A stretch of 64,000 bases of DNA from Balanoglossus misakiensis (lineage: Eukaryota; Animalia; Hemichordata): assembly GCA_040954595.2 (NCBI GenBank), contig CM082583.2:2056925-2120924 (forward strand), written 5' to 3'. The position numbers and the translations under genes were made by a program. Below are positions 24,471-36,184 of this stretch, piece by piece (the stretch's first letter is position 1; each line of letters starts with the position of its first letter). The notes beneath the pieces were generated by a model. It had not been told where the DNA came from. It did no database searches and saw only the letters and a list, made by a program, of their open reading frames with translations.

Positions 24471-24590
24471 AAGCCTACAGTACGTAGTATTCCCAGACGG
24501 TCTCCCGTCCAAGTACTAACTACGCCCAACGCAGGTTTGCTTCGGTGATCAGACGAGAACCGGCTTATTCTACGTGGTATGGCCGTAGGC
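24471..24590 (-). rRNA. 5S rRNA: 5S rRNA gene (full length, G110A variant)
   Basis: 120-nt 5S. Confidence 0.92.
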
Positions 24591-25358
24591 GAAGGATTGT
24601 TGAAATTCTCCTGCTATGAACCCGAATCCTACACCATTGAACACGTATCCCGACTTGGCCAATTTTAGTGGGTAACCGATCGACCTTTCATAGCTTATAA
24701 GGCAAGTGGGATGAAAAAAATGTGGTTTGTTTTGTTCTGCAAAAAAAGAGGTATACCAAATAATATCATTAGAATTCTATCTGTTGTGTTAAACTTATTT
24801 ACATTACAGGCACTGTAAATATACTGGAAAACAAGTTGCCACAAGGATTGAATTGTCTGGCAGCACACAAGCAAATGATACACGTCTTCGGGGGGAAATG
24901 TGCAGAAGTCACAAGTAGGACTAAGGATTTTGCCTGCTTTGTAAAGACGAAGGTTATTAAAAACTGCGTTGTGACAAATGAGATAATCCAGATCACCCAG
25001 GTAGTTATCCTTGAAATTTGTGTAAACCTTACTAAAATCAAAGTTTGGCAAGTGAAAGAGCCAATACTGAACACCCGTTGGCACTGTTTTTCTCAGATGT
25101 CGAGCAATTGTAGTAATGTGTCTAACTTTAAGAGAATGGAAAGGAACACGTTGATCATGAGCATTAACAATAAAGAGAGACGGGTTTTTGTCCACTTTGT
25201 TATAATCTTTGTAATTACTCTGCAGAATACCATGCCACTTTTGAGGAATTGAATTGAGGATAATATGGTACTGCTTCTCAACAGTATTGCTTGTGGGAGT
25301 GTAGGGATGGGCCAATGAAAACATGTCACGAATTGCATCAACAGGTATATAGGAACCC

Positions 25359-28300
25359 TTGAATACGATGCTGAAGTTAGTGTCGGTTTCGGATTCGGAT
25401 TCAGTTTCGGATTCGGTTTCGGATTCGGGTTCGAGAGACTGAAAATAGTTAAGCATTTTCGAGCGACCATCGCGGTTTGGCATCTGCAGTACGAGTATGA
25501 AAATAACTCTGTAAAAATATGAATATATTAGATGTTATGTATGATATTTTTGGCACCAAAACACTGTTTTTTCACATCGGAAATTGTTAAATACATATTT
25601 TATTATCGAAAAAACATACTTCGATGATTTTTTTTTTTTTTTTTTTTTCCATTTGGTGTTCAATTATAGATTTATTGACGTATTACAAAGGATAAGTGAA
25701 CAAGCGAGACACCATCGATTACGGCAACCGTTACAATCATCAATTTCGAAGGTGCCTAGCAACAAGCTCTGATATCACAAGGACGCCTGATTTCAATGTG
25801 ATTCTTAATGTTGTAAACACACATCTACAAAAAGATCTACCTGTGTTTTAATCGTTCTTTTTTTTTTTTTTTTTTTTTATTAATATTATTATTATTTCTT
25901 TAATACATGTCAATGAATTATTTGCATACAGCTTTGTAATAATAATTCATGAAAAGAAGCTGATGGAATATACATGTAGTATTCATGGACAAATATATCT
26001 TTTTAAGACATCAGTGCCAGAAAGCCTTGCCATTTATTATTGGCGATTACGCTATTAATTTCGTTCTCAACTTTTATCCTCAATATCAATTCTTCTTGAA
26101 ACAGAGAAAAAATACAGAATTTTTTTAAAGTATACGTGGTCTTGTTTTGACAGATTAACCATGATTTATAAATTGAAAACATTGCAATTACAATGACGTG
26201 GTTGACAGAGTTATCAAAGTCAGTTTTTCCAATTATCAAGTCCTTAAAGGCCAGGTTGACTACGACCCCCTTACAAATATAAATCAAATTACAGACCTTA
26301 TTCCAGAAATTTTTAAGGCGCTGGCAATCCCAAAACATGTGTTTCTGGGTTCCGGCTATGTTACATACTCTACATAAGTTTTTATTTGAAATTTTCCATT
26401 TCTGTAAATTCTGCTGATTTGGTAAAATACAATGCAGGAATTTGTACATGAAGGCACAAAGTCGTCGTTCATTTGTTAAGCCGATAGTTCTTGAAACCCA
26501 ATCCACATTCGAATCGAACAATCTATTCCACATGTGTGTGACCCAAGGCCACACAAATTTCTTGTTGATTAAGATCCTGTAATAATCTTTGACCTTAATT
26601 TTATCAACCGGATAGATTTGGTCACTATCCTCTGATATTCGGACAAAACAGTTACATGGCGATTGAAAATTAACATTTTGACTAACAATAGTATTGCCAA
26701 AGTTGGTACAATGTGCTTTCCACAGAGTTGGGATTGCACTAATCAATTGAAACAGCTCTGAAACCCAATTTGCCCGTCTATCAAGTTTTTCGTAAATTCC
26801 CTTTATATCAAAACCCGTATTATTTACAAGATCTTTAAAGCGTACGATTCCCGCATCAACCCAATTGCGAAAGAAAAGGGTTTTACCCTTAAATGATATA
26901 TGTTTGTTACACCACAAAACCTGATTTAAGATAGATTGTGGATCATTAATTGGAGTATTTCCTCAACCACCATCATGCCAGGCAAGTACAACCTCTCTGT
27001 AAAACTTTGGCAAAGTAACAAAGCACTGACAATGTCTTGTCTAAGTGAAGTTCATAGAAAATATGACATCGGCAATTCCATCTTTATATAAATAATGATA
27101 AGGGATCAACTTCCATGAGGGCAGCAGAATATTAACTGGTTCTGAAAGCAGGCGATTTACCCATGATGCTTTCAGGGCTTTGTTCTGGCAGAACACATCA
27201 GGTGCATTAATTCCACCTTGGGAATAATCACCAATGATTGTGCACCGCTTAATTTTATCAATTTTGGAACCCCAGATAAACGAGGCAAACAGTCTGTCTA
27301 GTTTGACAAGTACATCATGCGAAACAGTACAAAGATTGAAAACATACGTTAATCTGGAAGCTATTAATGCCTTTAACACAATAACTTTACCATAGACCGT
27401 CAGATTTCTAGAGGACCATAACTTCAAAATATTCTCAATTGGCGCAAAACGTGTATCAATATTGAGTTTTAAAGCACACTCAATATCGTTATCAAAGTAA
27501 ACACCCAAGGACTTTATTGGCCTATCTGGCCAACTAATATTGCCAATTTTCTTTTTTCTTTTTTTCCATTTCCCTACCCAAAGGCCTTCAGTTTTTGTTT
27601 TGTTTAGTACAGGCCCAGCAACTCTGCTGAATTCATTTACAATGTAGAGCGCTTTTAGAACAGACTCTTCGTTTGACACGAATATCGTAGTGTCATCTGC
27701 CACTTGGCATATTCTTATCTCTCTTTCAAGAATATTTCCAACTTTTACATTTATACCATGCATATCTTTTTCAGCTCTTATTTTAACAGCTAGTACCTCT
27801 ACTACCAATAAAAATAACAAGGCAGATAGAGGACATCCTTGTCTGATGCCCCGTCTGAGTTGAAATTTCTCAGACACCCATCCATTATTAATTACAGACG
27901 CTTTACAGTTAGAATAAATTGCCTTTATCCAGGCTCGAAAGGTGTAGCCGAAATTAAACTTTTCAAGAACCTTGAATAAGAAATTCCATTCAACACTATC
28001 AAAAGCTTTACTAAAATCCAAAAATAGGATAGCTCCAGGCAAATCCTCAACATTGGTATATGAAATAACATCATAGATTAATCTTACATTTTCACCAATA
28101 GATCTATTTTTAATATAAGCAGTTTGGTCTCTGTTAATAATGTCATTGAGCATTGGTTGAAGCCGTCTCGCAAGTATACACGCAAGCAACTTATAATCAG
28201 TGTTCAATAAACTTATCGGTCTCCAGTTACCCAAGTCACAGTGATCACCTTTCTTGTACAGCAGTCTCAAGACTGCAAAAGATTGTGATTCAGACAACAT

Positions 28301-29350
28301 CTGCTGGTTCAGTCCTTCTTGAATTGAACCGTAAACGGTGTCACCAATAACATCCCAAAATTCCTTAAAGAATTCAGATGGTAAGCCATCGTACCCTGGG
28401 GTTTTCCCATTTTTTAACGAATCGACAGCCTGTTTACACTATTCACGTGTTATAGGCATGTCCAATATGTGCTTGTTGTCATCCGATAGGGAACTATCAA
28501 GATTGACGTTGAACAAATAAGCATCAATCTCGTCATCAGGCACATTTTCAGTACAAGTGAGCATAGTACCTGTGTACACACTTCAAAATGTCTCCGTGAC
28601 CCGAAATTACATGGTCGTCAAACTTAAGGTTAATAATGGTGTGCTTAGCGCCATTACGTTTTTCAAGATTCAAAAAATACCTCGTTGATCTCTCCCCTTT
28701 AATATACCAGTTTGCACGGGATCGAATTCTGGCACCAGTTGCTTTTTTCTGGTAGATCTCTTCAATTTCATTCTTCACTCTCTCATACTCTATAAGCACA
28801 GTAGAGTCAAGTGTCTCATCTATTTTCTTATCTAAATTCTCAAGCTCTAGTTCCAAGCCGCTCAATTTGGCAGTTTCTCTCGGAGCTTTCTCTTTTGAAT
28901 AACCAATTGTAAACTCACGAATTCTAATTTTACACATCTCAAGTGTCCGCTGCTTAGAAAACCCATTTGCATGGCCTTCAGACACACAATCTTTTATAGC
29001 ACAACGAATTTTCTCTTTATACAAGTTATCGTACAATAGGCTGGTGTTAAACCGCCATAAACCCTGCCCACGTTTTTCATGATTCATACTTCGATGATAG
29101 AAAGAAAATATTTTGTAATTTTCGGTTTGAATAAACATCTTTTGGGTGAGAAAAATGTCATACATAATAAGTACAGATTAAATCAAGTTTATTCGTGTTT
29201 TAGTAAATTAATTTTAATTCTCGTACTGCAGATGCCAAACCACGATGGTTGCCCGTAAATGCTAAACTACTTTCAGTCTCTCCAACACGAATCCAAAACC
29301 AAATCCGAAACTGAATCCGAAACCAAATCCGAGTCTTACTTCAGTATCGT
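25359..29350. mobile_element. Palindromic MITE (~520 bp without its insert) inside LINE A
   Basis: Imperfect inverted arms acgatgctgaagttagtgtcggtttcggattcgg.. / ..ccgaaaccaaatccgagtcttacttcagtatcgt with CCGAAW hexamer repeats; LINE A resumes on both sides, with ccc possibly duplicated. Confidence 0.8.
25629..29084 (-). mobile_element. 5'-truncated L1/Tx1 LINE 'B' (different family) inserted in the MITE centre, with two poly(A) tracts
   Basis: ORF2 pieces 28548-29084 (GLWRFNTSLL, GARIRSRANW), 27041-28300 (RT: NWRPISLLNTDYK, LDFSKAFD, GIRQGCPLS, QVADDTT) and 26003-26917 (CRVC..H..C); 14-bp TSD catacttcgatgat at 25615-25628 and 29085-29098. Confidence 0.95.
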
Positions 29351-30108
29351 CCCAGGAGTGACCTCGTATAACAAATCTCTGATTTTTACAATGCCAGCTG
29401 AGCTGAAAAGTTTTATGATCGGCAGAGGGCGCCCTTCAACACTTGTAATGAAGGGGTTGTGAAAAATGGGTTCATTGATAATTTCATCGTAGGAAATTGG
29501 TTGTGCACGTGAATACCTGAAAAGATGCGACCAAGACTGAAAAAGTTCCCTGTAGAATGTAGAACACTGGCGTAAGTTGGCAGGATAAAGTAACATTTTA
29601 AAAGTGTCAACACCACAATTGAGATTGAGATACGTATTTAAGTTGTAGGTGACAAACAACTTGAATTTGTGTACATAATCCCTTTGAGGGACAATTTACG
29701 AAATGACCAAGATTTCAGAATTCTGCAGACTTTTGGAATGCGCTGAGCCCAATTGAAATCATCAGCAACTGATTTGTCATGACTCAACATGACACCAGGA
29801 ATGACCATGCCATCCGGTTGAAGCTTGACAGGTAAGGGGCAGTCAGTACGTCCTCTATTGTTTCCTATCCACATCAAAGCACTATTGTTCAAATTAACCT
29901 TTGACCCAGAAGCTTTACCATAATCACAAAAGACCTGATACGTTTCGCGGATAGAATGGTCATCGCTAACGGTAAGTGTGGTAACGGTAAGGAAGATACA
30001 GTACTGCCAGGAATTTGAATACCATGTATGATGTGGTTACGCTGAATAGCGGCATTTAGAGGCCAAGCCGACAGCACGTACAACATTGCTGACAGCGGGC
30101 ACCCTTGT

Positions 30109-33100
30109 TAGACCATGAGCCAGTAGGGGTTTACCTCCCCCCCCCCCCCCCCCCCCCCCGGGGGAATTTTTGAGACAATGTTTTTCTGAAAGCCTATCAT
30201 ATACTGAGTAAAATTCACTTTGTTTGCCATCTGGGCACCGGGGCGTTTTCGAGTTATTGGCTTCTAAATTATATTGGGTAACGTATGTAGAAAAGCCTAA
30301 AAGTGCATATAAATTGACGTAGGGGGGTAAATTAGTCTTGTAAAATACTGTCTCTCTGAATGTATACCTAGAACAACAGGGAAGTATTTGGTATCAAAAG
30401 AAAGCTTAATAAACAAGCTTTCCATTAATTACAAAATTAAAGTGATATGACAAATCATGACATCATAGTGACGTCATAAGTCAAAATACCCTTACGAAAA
30501 TGGTGTTCTGTTCACCTATAATTTGTATAAATGTGAGGTTTTGCAAAACACGTCTCTGAGCAATTGTACTGATGAAAACTGTGATGTGTTTGGTATCAAC
30601 AGAAAGCTGATTGAGTAAAGTATCTAATTATTGCAAAATATTGATATAATAATCAATTACGTCATCATTACGTCATACTTCCAAGTACCCTTACCAATTA
30701 GTGACTATGATGACAAGTTATTACCCTAGGAGATAGGTGCCTTTAAATAAAAAAATTGGTAAGGAAGGTTTGTGAAGTCCATTCTATGTAAAAAATGGTG
30801 CTGATTCCAAAAAAGGCAGTCTTATTGACCCCACCCAAGACAAAATTGCCATTTTGGCACTTTTTAACCCAAAAAAAGGTCATTTTTAGAAAACACTAAA
30901 AACACACTGTTTTCGTCACATTCGAAGATCTGATGACATATGATATGCCTATTCTATGTAAAATTTGGTTGATATTACGAAAAAAGCAGTCTAACTGACC
31001 CCACCCAAGACAAAATTGCCATTTTGGCACTTTTTAACCCAAAAAAGGTCATTTTTAGAAAACACTAAAAACACACTGTTTTCGTCACATTCGAAGATCT
31101 GATGACATATGATATGCCTATTCTATGTAAAGTTTGGTTGATATTACGAAAAAAGCAGTCTGACTGACCCCACCTAAGACAAAATTGCCGTTTTGGCACT
31201 TTTTAACCCAAAAAAGGTCATTTTTAGAAAACAACAAAAACACACTGTTTTCGTCACATTCGAAGATCTGATGACATATGATATGCCTATTCTATGTAAA
31301 GTTTGGTTGATATTACGAAAAAAGCAGTCTGACTGACCCCAAACGAGACAAAATTGCCTTTTTGACCATTTTTTGCCCAAAAACGTCATTTTTAGACAAA
31401 ACTTAAAACACACTCTTCTCTTCATATTGATTGATTTGATGATATATGGAAAGTCAATTCTATGCGTAAAATGGTGACTATAAAACATAAAGCAGTCTTT
31501 TTGACCCCAATCAATACAAAAATGCCATTTTTGGCCATATTTTTGAGGTCAAAAAAGGTCATTTTTACAAAAAAACTAAAAACAAACTGTTTTCTTCATA
31601 TTCAGAGATCATGTGATATATGAAAAGTTTATGCTATGTAAAATAGTTCTGATTCCAGAAATAGCAGCCTTATTAACCCCCACTCAAGGCAAATGTGCCA
31701 TTTTTGCCACTTTTTGCCCCAAAAATGTCATTTTTAGAAAACACTCAAAACTTATATATTTTCTTCACTTTCGGAGATCTGATAATGTATTGTATACCCA
31801 CCTTGTGTAAAATTTGGTAGGTATTCAAAAAAGTGCGTTTTTTTGCAAGTTTTTGCCCAAAAAGGCCATTTTAAGAAATAAGCAAACGTTTTTCTTTATA
31901 TTTGGAAATTTGATCATGTATGAAAAGTCCATTTATTGAAAAATTGCTGTTGACTCTAGAAAAAGCAATCTTATTGATCTCAATGAAGATGAAAATACTT
32001 TTTGCCCAAAAAGGGTCATTTTTAGAAAATACTAAAAACATGCTATTTGTTTCCCTTTGGTGATCTAATAATAAATAAAAGTCCATTCTATCTTAAAAGT
32101 AGCGATTTTTCCAAAAAAGCACTCTTACTGACTCCACAGAGGGAAAAAATGCCATTTTGGCCACTTTGCTTAAAAAAGGTAACTGTTTGAAAACTTCTTT
32201 CTTTATTTTCAGATCTTATGATGTACGGAGAAGGTCCATTTTTGTTGAATGGGAGCCAATTCCAAAAAAAAAATTCTTTTCAGCCCTACAAAATTGTCAT
32301 TTTGGCCATTTTTGGTCGAAAAGGTCATTTCAAGAAAAAATGAAAACAAGCTGTTTTCTTCGTATTTAAATGTTTGATTATGAATGGAAAGTCCATTTTT
32401 TGCAAAAAATATGCTGATACCAACACAACAGTCTTATTAAGACCCCACTCAATACAAAATTGCCACTAAGCCATCTTCTAGTCAACAATTGTCTTTTTCA
32501 GAAAACAAAATAATTGGTGTTTTTTGCCTTTTGAGTTTTGATGTTATATTTGCATATTTAAAATGTCATACCATATGATATCACTTGAATTGATGATATT
32601 GAAAGGCACATTTAGCCTAAAATGGAACTCAACAATAAAACGAGACGATCCATGTATTCACACTGTATACTATAAGTCGGTTATACATGGTATAATTTTT
32701 TTAAGTACATCTATACCAGCTCCGGATAGATTGTTAACATTTATCCTCTTCGTTCTGAATACAAAATCAGAAATTATATTATATCACATGATGTCTGAAT
32801 ATGAAGAAAACAGTTTGTTTTTAGTTTTTTTGTAAAAATGACCTTATTTGACCTCAAAAATGTGGCCAAAAATGGCATTTTTGTATTGATTGGGGTCAAA
32901 AAGACTGCTTTATGTTTTATAGTCACCAATTTACACATAGAATTGACTTTCCATATATCATCAAATCAATCAATATGAAGAGAAGAGTGTGTTTTAAGTT
33001 TTGTCTAAAAATGACGTTTTTGGGCAAAAAATGGTCAAAAAGGCAATTCTGTCTCGTTTGGGGTCAGTCAGACTGCTTTTTTCGTAATATCAACCAAATT

Positions 33101-34277
33101 TTACATAGAATAGGCATATCATATGTCATCAGATCTTCGAATGTGATGAAAACAGTGTGTTTTTAGTGTTTTCTAAAAATGACCTTTTTTGGGTTAAAAA
33201 GTGCCAAAACGGCAATTTTGTCTTAGGTGGGGTCAGTTAGACTGCTTTTTTCGTAATATCAACCAAATTTTACATAGAATAGGCATATCATATGTCATCA
33301 GATCTTCGAATGTGACGAAAACAGTGTGTTTTTAGTGTTTTCTAAAAATGACCTTTTTTGGGTTAAAAAGTGCCAAAATGGCAATTTTGTCTTGGGTGGG
33401 GTCAGTTAGACTGCTTTTTTCGTAATATCAACCAAATTTTACATAGAATAGGCATATCATATGTCATCAGATCTTCGAATGTGACGAAAACAGTGTGTTT
33501 TTAGTGTTTTCTAAAAATGACCTTTTTTTGGGTTAAAAAGTGCCAAAATGGCAATTTTGTCTTGGGTGGGGTCAATAAGACTGCCTTTTTTGGAATCAGC
33601 ACCATTTTTTACATAGAATGGACTTCACAAACCTTCCTTACCAATTTTTTTATTTAAAGGCACCTATCTCCTAGGGTAATAACTTGTCATCATAGTCACT
33701 AATTGGTAAGGGTACTTGGAAGTATGACGTAATGATGACGTAATTGATTATTATATCAATATTTTGCAATAATTAGATACTTTACTCAATCAGCTTTCTG
33801 TTGATACCAAACACATCACAGTTTTCATCAGTACAATTGCTCAGAGACGTGTTTTGCAAAACCTCACATTTATACAAATTATAGGTGAACAGAACACCAT
33901 TTTCGTAAGGGTATTTTGACTTATGACGTCACTATGATGTCATGATTTGTCATATCACTTTAATTTTGTAATTAATGGAAAGCTTGTTTATTAAGCTTTC
34001 TTTTGATACCAAATACTTCCCTGTTGTTCTAGGTATACATTCAGAGAGACAGTATTTTACAAGACTAATTTACCCCCCTACGTCAATTTATATGCACTTT
34101 TAGGCTTTTCTACATACGTTACCCAATATAATTTAGAAGCCAATAACTCGAAAACGCCCCGGTGCCCAGATGGCAAACAAAGTGAATTTTACTCAGTATA
34201 TGATAGGCTTTCAGAAAAACATTGTCTCAAAAATTCCCCCGGGGGGGGGAGGTAAACCCCTACTGGCTCATGGTCTA
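30109..34277. mobile_element. Non-autonomous Academ-type DNA transposon with ~1.5-kb TIRs
   Basis: Termini TAGACCATGAGCCAGTAGG...CCTACTGGCTCATGGTCTA; 3-bp TSD TGT (30106-30108, 34278-34280); arms 30109-~31620 and ~32780-34277 near-identical in reverse complement; internal ~169-170-bp tandem repeats; no transposase. Confidence 0.88.
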
Positions 34278-35245
34278 TGTCTGACACTTCGTTTAATTAA
34301 CACCGAGTCAGACAAAAACCCGTTAATTTTTACATTACTCATAATCTGGTTGTACATAATGGAAATCCATTTAACAAAGTTGTCACCGAACCTGAACGCC
34401 CTCTGTGTGTTAAGCAAATACTTGTGATCAACGCGATCAAAGGCTTTCATCTGATCAAATTTCAGAATGGCACCCGAACAGTTACTGGACTCAACATGAT
34501 GAATAAGATGTCCCATACAGAAAACATTGTCCACAATGTCACGACCTGGGACACAGCAAGGTTGATCTGGGCTGACAATGGAGGGCCTAATTCTATTGAG
34601 CCTAATGGCAAGTGTTTAAGCAAGAATGTTGTAATCACAGTTGAGGAGGGTTATAGGGCGCCAATTTTTAATGTAACGGGGGTCACTGTCTGCTTTAGGG
34701 ATTAAGGTAATAAGACCAGTTTTCCACTCATCGGGGAGAATGTTATTTGAGAAAATACAGTTGAAAATGTCAAGCAAATCATCTTTGATATCTTCCCAAA
34801 AGTGAAGATAAAATTCGTACGGTAAACCATCAGCGCCTGGGCTTTGATTATGAATACATTTAGAGAGGGCAAAGGTCACCTCTTCTACCGAAGACTCTGA
34901 ATCGGCGACAGCGCACTCCTCATCAGAAACAGTATTTGTGATGTAACTAAGGAAAGTATTTTGAAGTGCAAGATCACAAGGCTCAGTGTTATAAAGCTTA
35001 GAGTAAAATGCATGAGCTTCTGAAATTATATCAGTGATGTCGGTGAGAATTTCATTGTTGTCATAATTAAGGATTTGATGCATTTTTTTCCTGCTTAGAC
35101 TTTTCGAGGTTAAAGAAAAACCGAGTGGATTTCTCGCCCTCCTCATACCACTGAATCTTGGAACGGATTAAGGCCCCCTGGGTTTCTAAGGAAATAATGT
35201 TGTCAAGGTCTTCTTGAATGATATGTGCATTAATAAGATCATAGT

Positions 35246-35276
35246 CGGCTTATTCTTAAGTGGTATGGCCGTAGGC
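35246..35276 (-). pseudogene. 5S rRNA 5' fragment (nt 1-~30) at the 5' junction of LINE A; 5S spacer upstream to ~35406
   Basis: GCCTACGGCCATACCACTTAAGAATAAGCCG followed directly by LINE ORF2; 35277-35406 matches the 5S spacer. Confidence 0.9.
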
Positions 35277-36184
35277 GAAAGATGCTTGAATTTCTCCTGC
35301 TATAAACCCGAATCCTACACCATTGAACACGTATCCTGACTTGGCCAATTTTTGTGGGTAACCGATCGACCTTTCATAGCTTATAAGGCAAGTGGGATGA
35401 AAAAACCCCAACAGCACTGTTTCCTCTTTTCCGGGTAGAACTAAATGTATGCCTGTCTGTTTACATTGCAATCTCTGGTGTTGTCTGAACGAAGACATGC
35501 ATCACAGGAAAACGCTCGTGCCAGCTTTCACGTCTCATGTCGTATTTAACTGACATCGCAGAGAAGCCAATGCTGCAGCTATCAGCGTGAAACTAAGACT
35601 CTGGGAGACTGGTCAAATATGGGAGGAGCCCATCCCATGACATTTGAAAACTTCCTGGTACGAGACTTGCTTGTCCATGTCGCGACTTGATCGCGATTGC
35701 AGCTACAAGCTGCAAAATTGTGTTAGGGAATAATAACTTCCCTGTCACAAAACGAGTTCACTGCAAGGTAACACAAATAAAAGAGGAATTTCGTAATTTT
35801 ACTATTTAGTAAAAAATAAAAAAATATGTACTTTTCCGATTACCCGACCTACCCTAATTTTACCCCACTGACCCTAAAGTTTTTAGCGTTAGTAAACTCG
35901 GAAGTAAAAATAACGATGTCAAATATACAACATTTTTATGGAAATCACGCGAGAACTATGATGTCATTCTTCTACACTACGCCGACCAGGGAAATAAACA
36001 AACATTGCAAATCCCCTGCCTACCTACCCTATTTTTTGAAAACCATGTAATCATATATTTTTGGCTTTATTTGTAATGGGTAGGAACTCCGAACGTTACT
36101 CATCCTGTCCGTCAAGTTGTTATACCTTGATGACTTAAGACTCACATGCAGTCGATGTGTATACAGATGATCACTTTATATATA

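Larger units (their letters stand above)
16812..25358 (-). repeat. Tandem array of ~1,915-bp chimeric units: [5S nt1-38][Tx1 ORF2 3' fragment][partial spacer][full 5S][spacer]
   Basis: Full 5S copies at 16812, 18728, 20642, 22558, 24471 (periods 1916/1914/1916/1913); identical repeated ORFs in the ORF track. Confidence 0.97.
24745..35245 (-). mobile_element. 5'-truncated L1/Tx1-clade LINE 'A' inserted in 5S rDNA; pieces 35245-34278, 30108-29351, 25358-24745 split by nested insertions
   Basis: ORF2 motifs GALIRSKIQWYEEGEKSTRFFFNLEK, SPGADGLPYEFY, NWRPITLLNCDY, DQMKAFDRVDH, SVRQ|GCPLS (restored across the Academ insertion) and a zinc knuckle; frameshifted; 5' end abuts 5S nt ~30. Confidence 0.92.

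Noticed and set aside
16431-25358. CRISPR-like or prokaryotic repeat array
   Set aside because: The repeats are 5S rDNA and LINE units with identical, not unique, intervening sequence; the context is eukaryotic and has no cas genes.
24695-25483. 262-aa ORF with ESETES repeats
   Set aside because: Chance fusion of MITE hexamer repeats to LINE A ORF2.
31174-33166. Mirror ORFs MFYSH.. on both strands
   Set aside because: Products of the Academ TIR symmetry in low-complexity AT-rich repeats.
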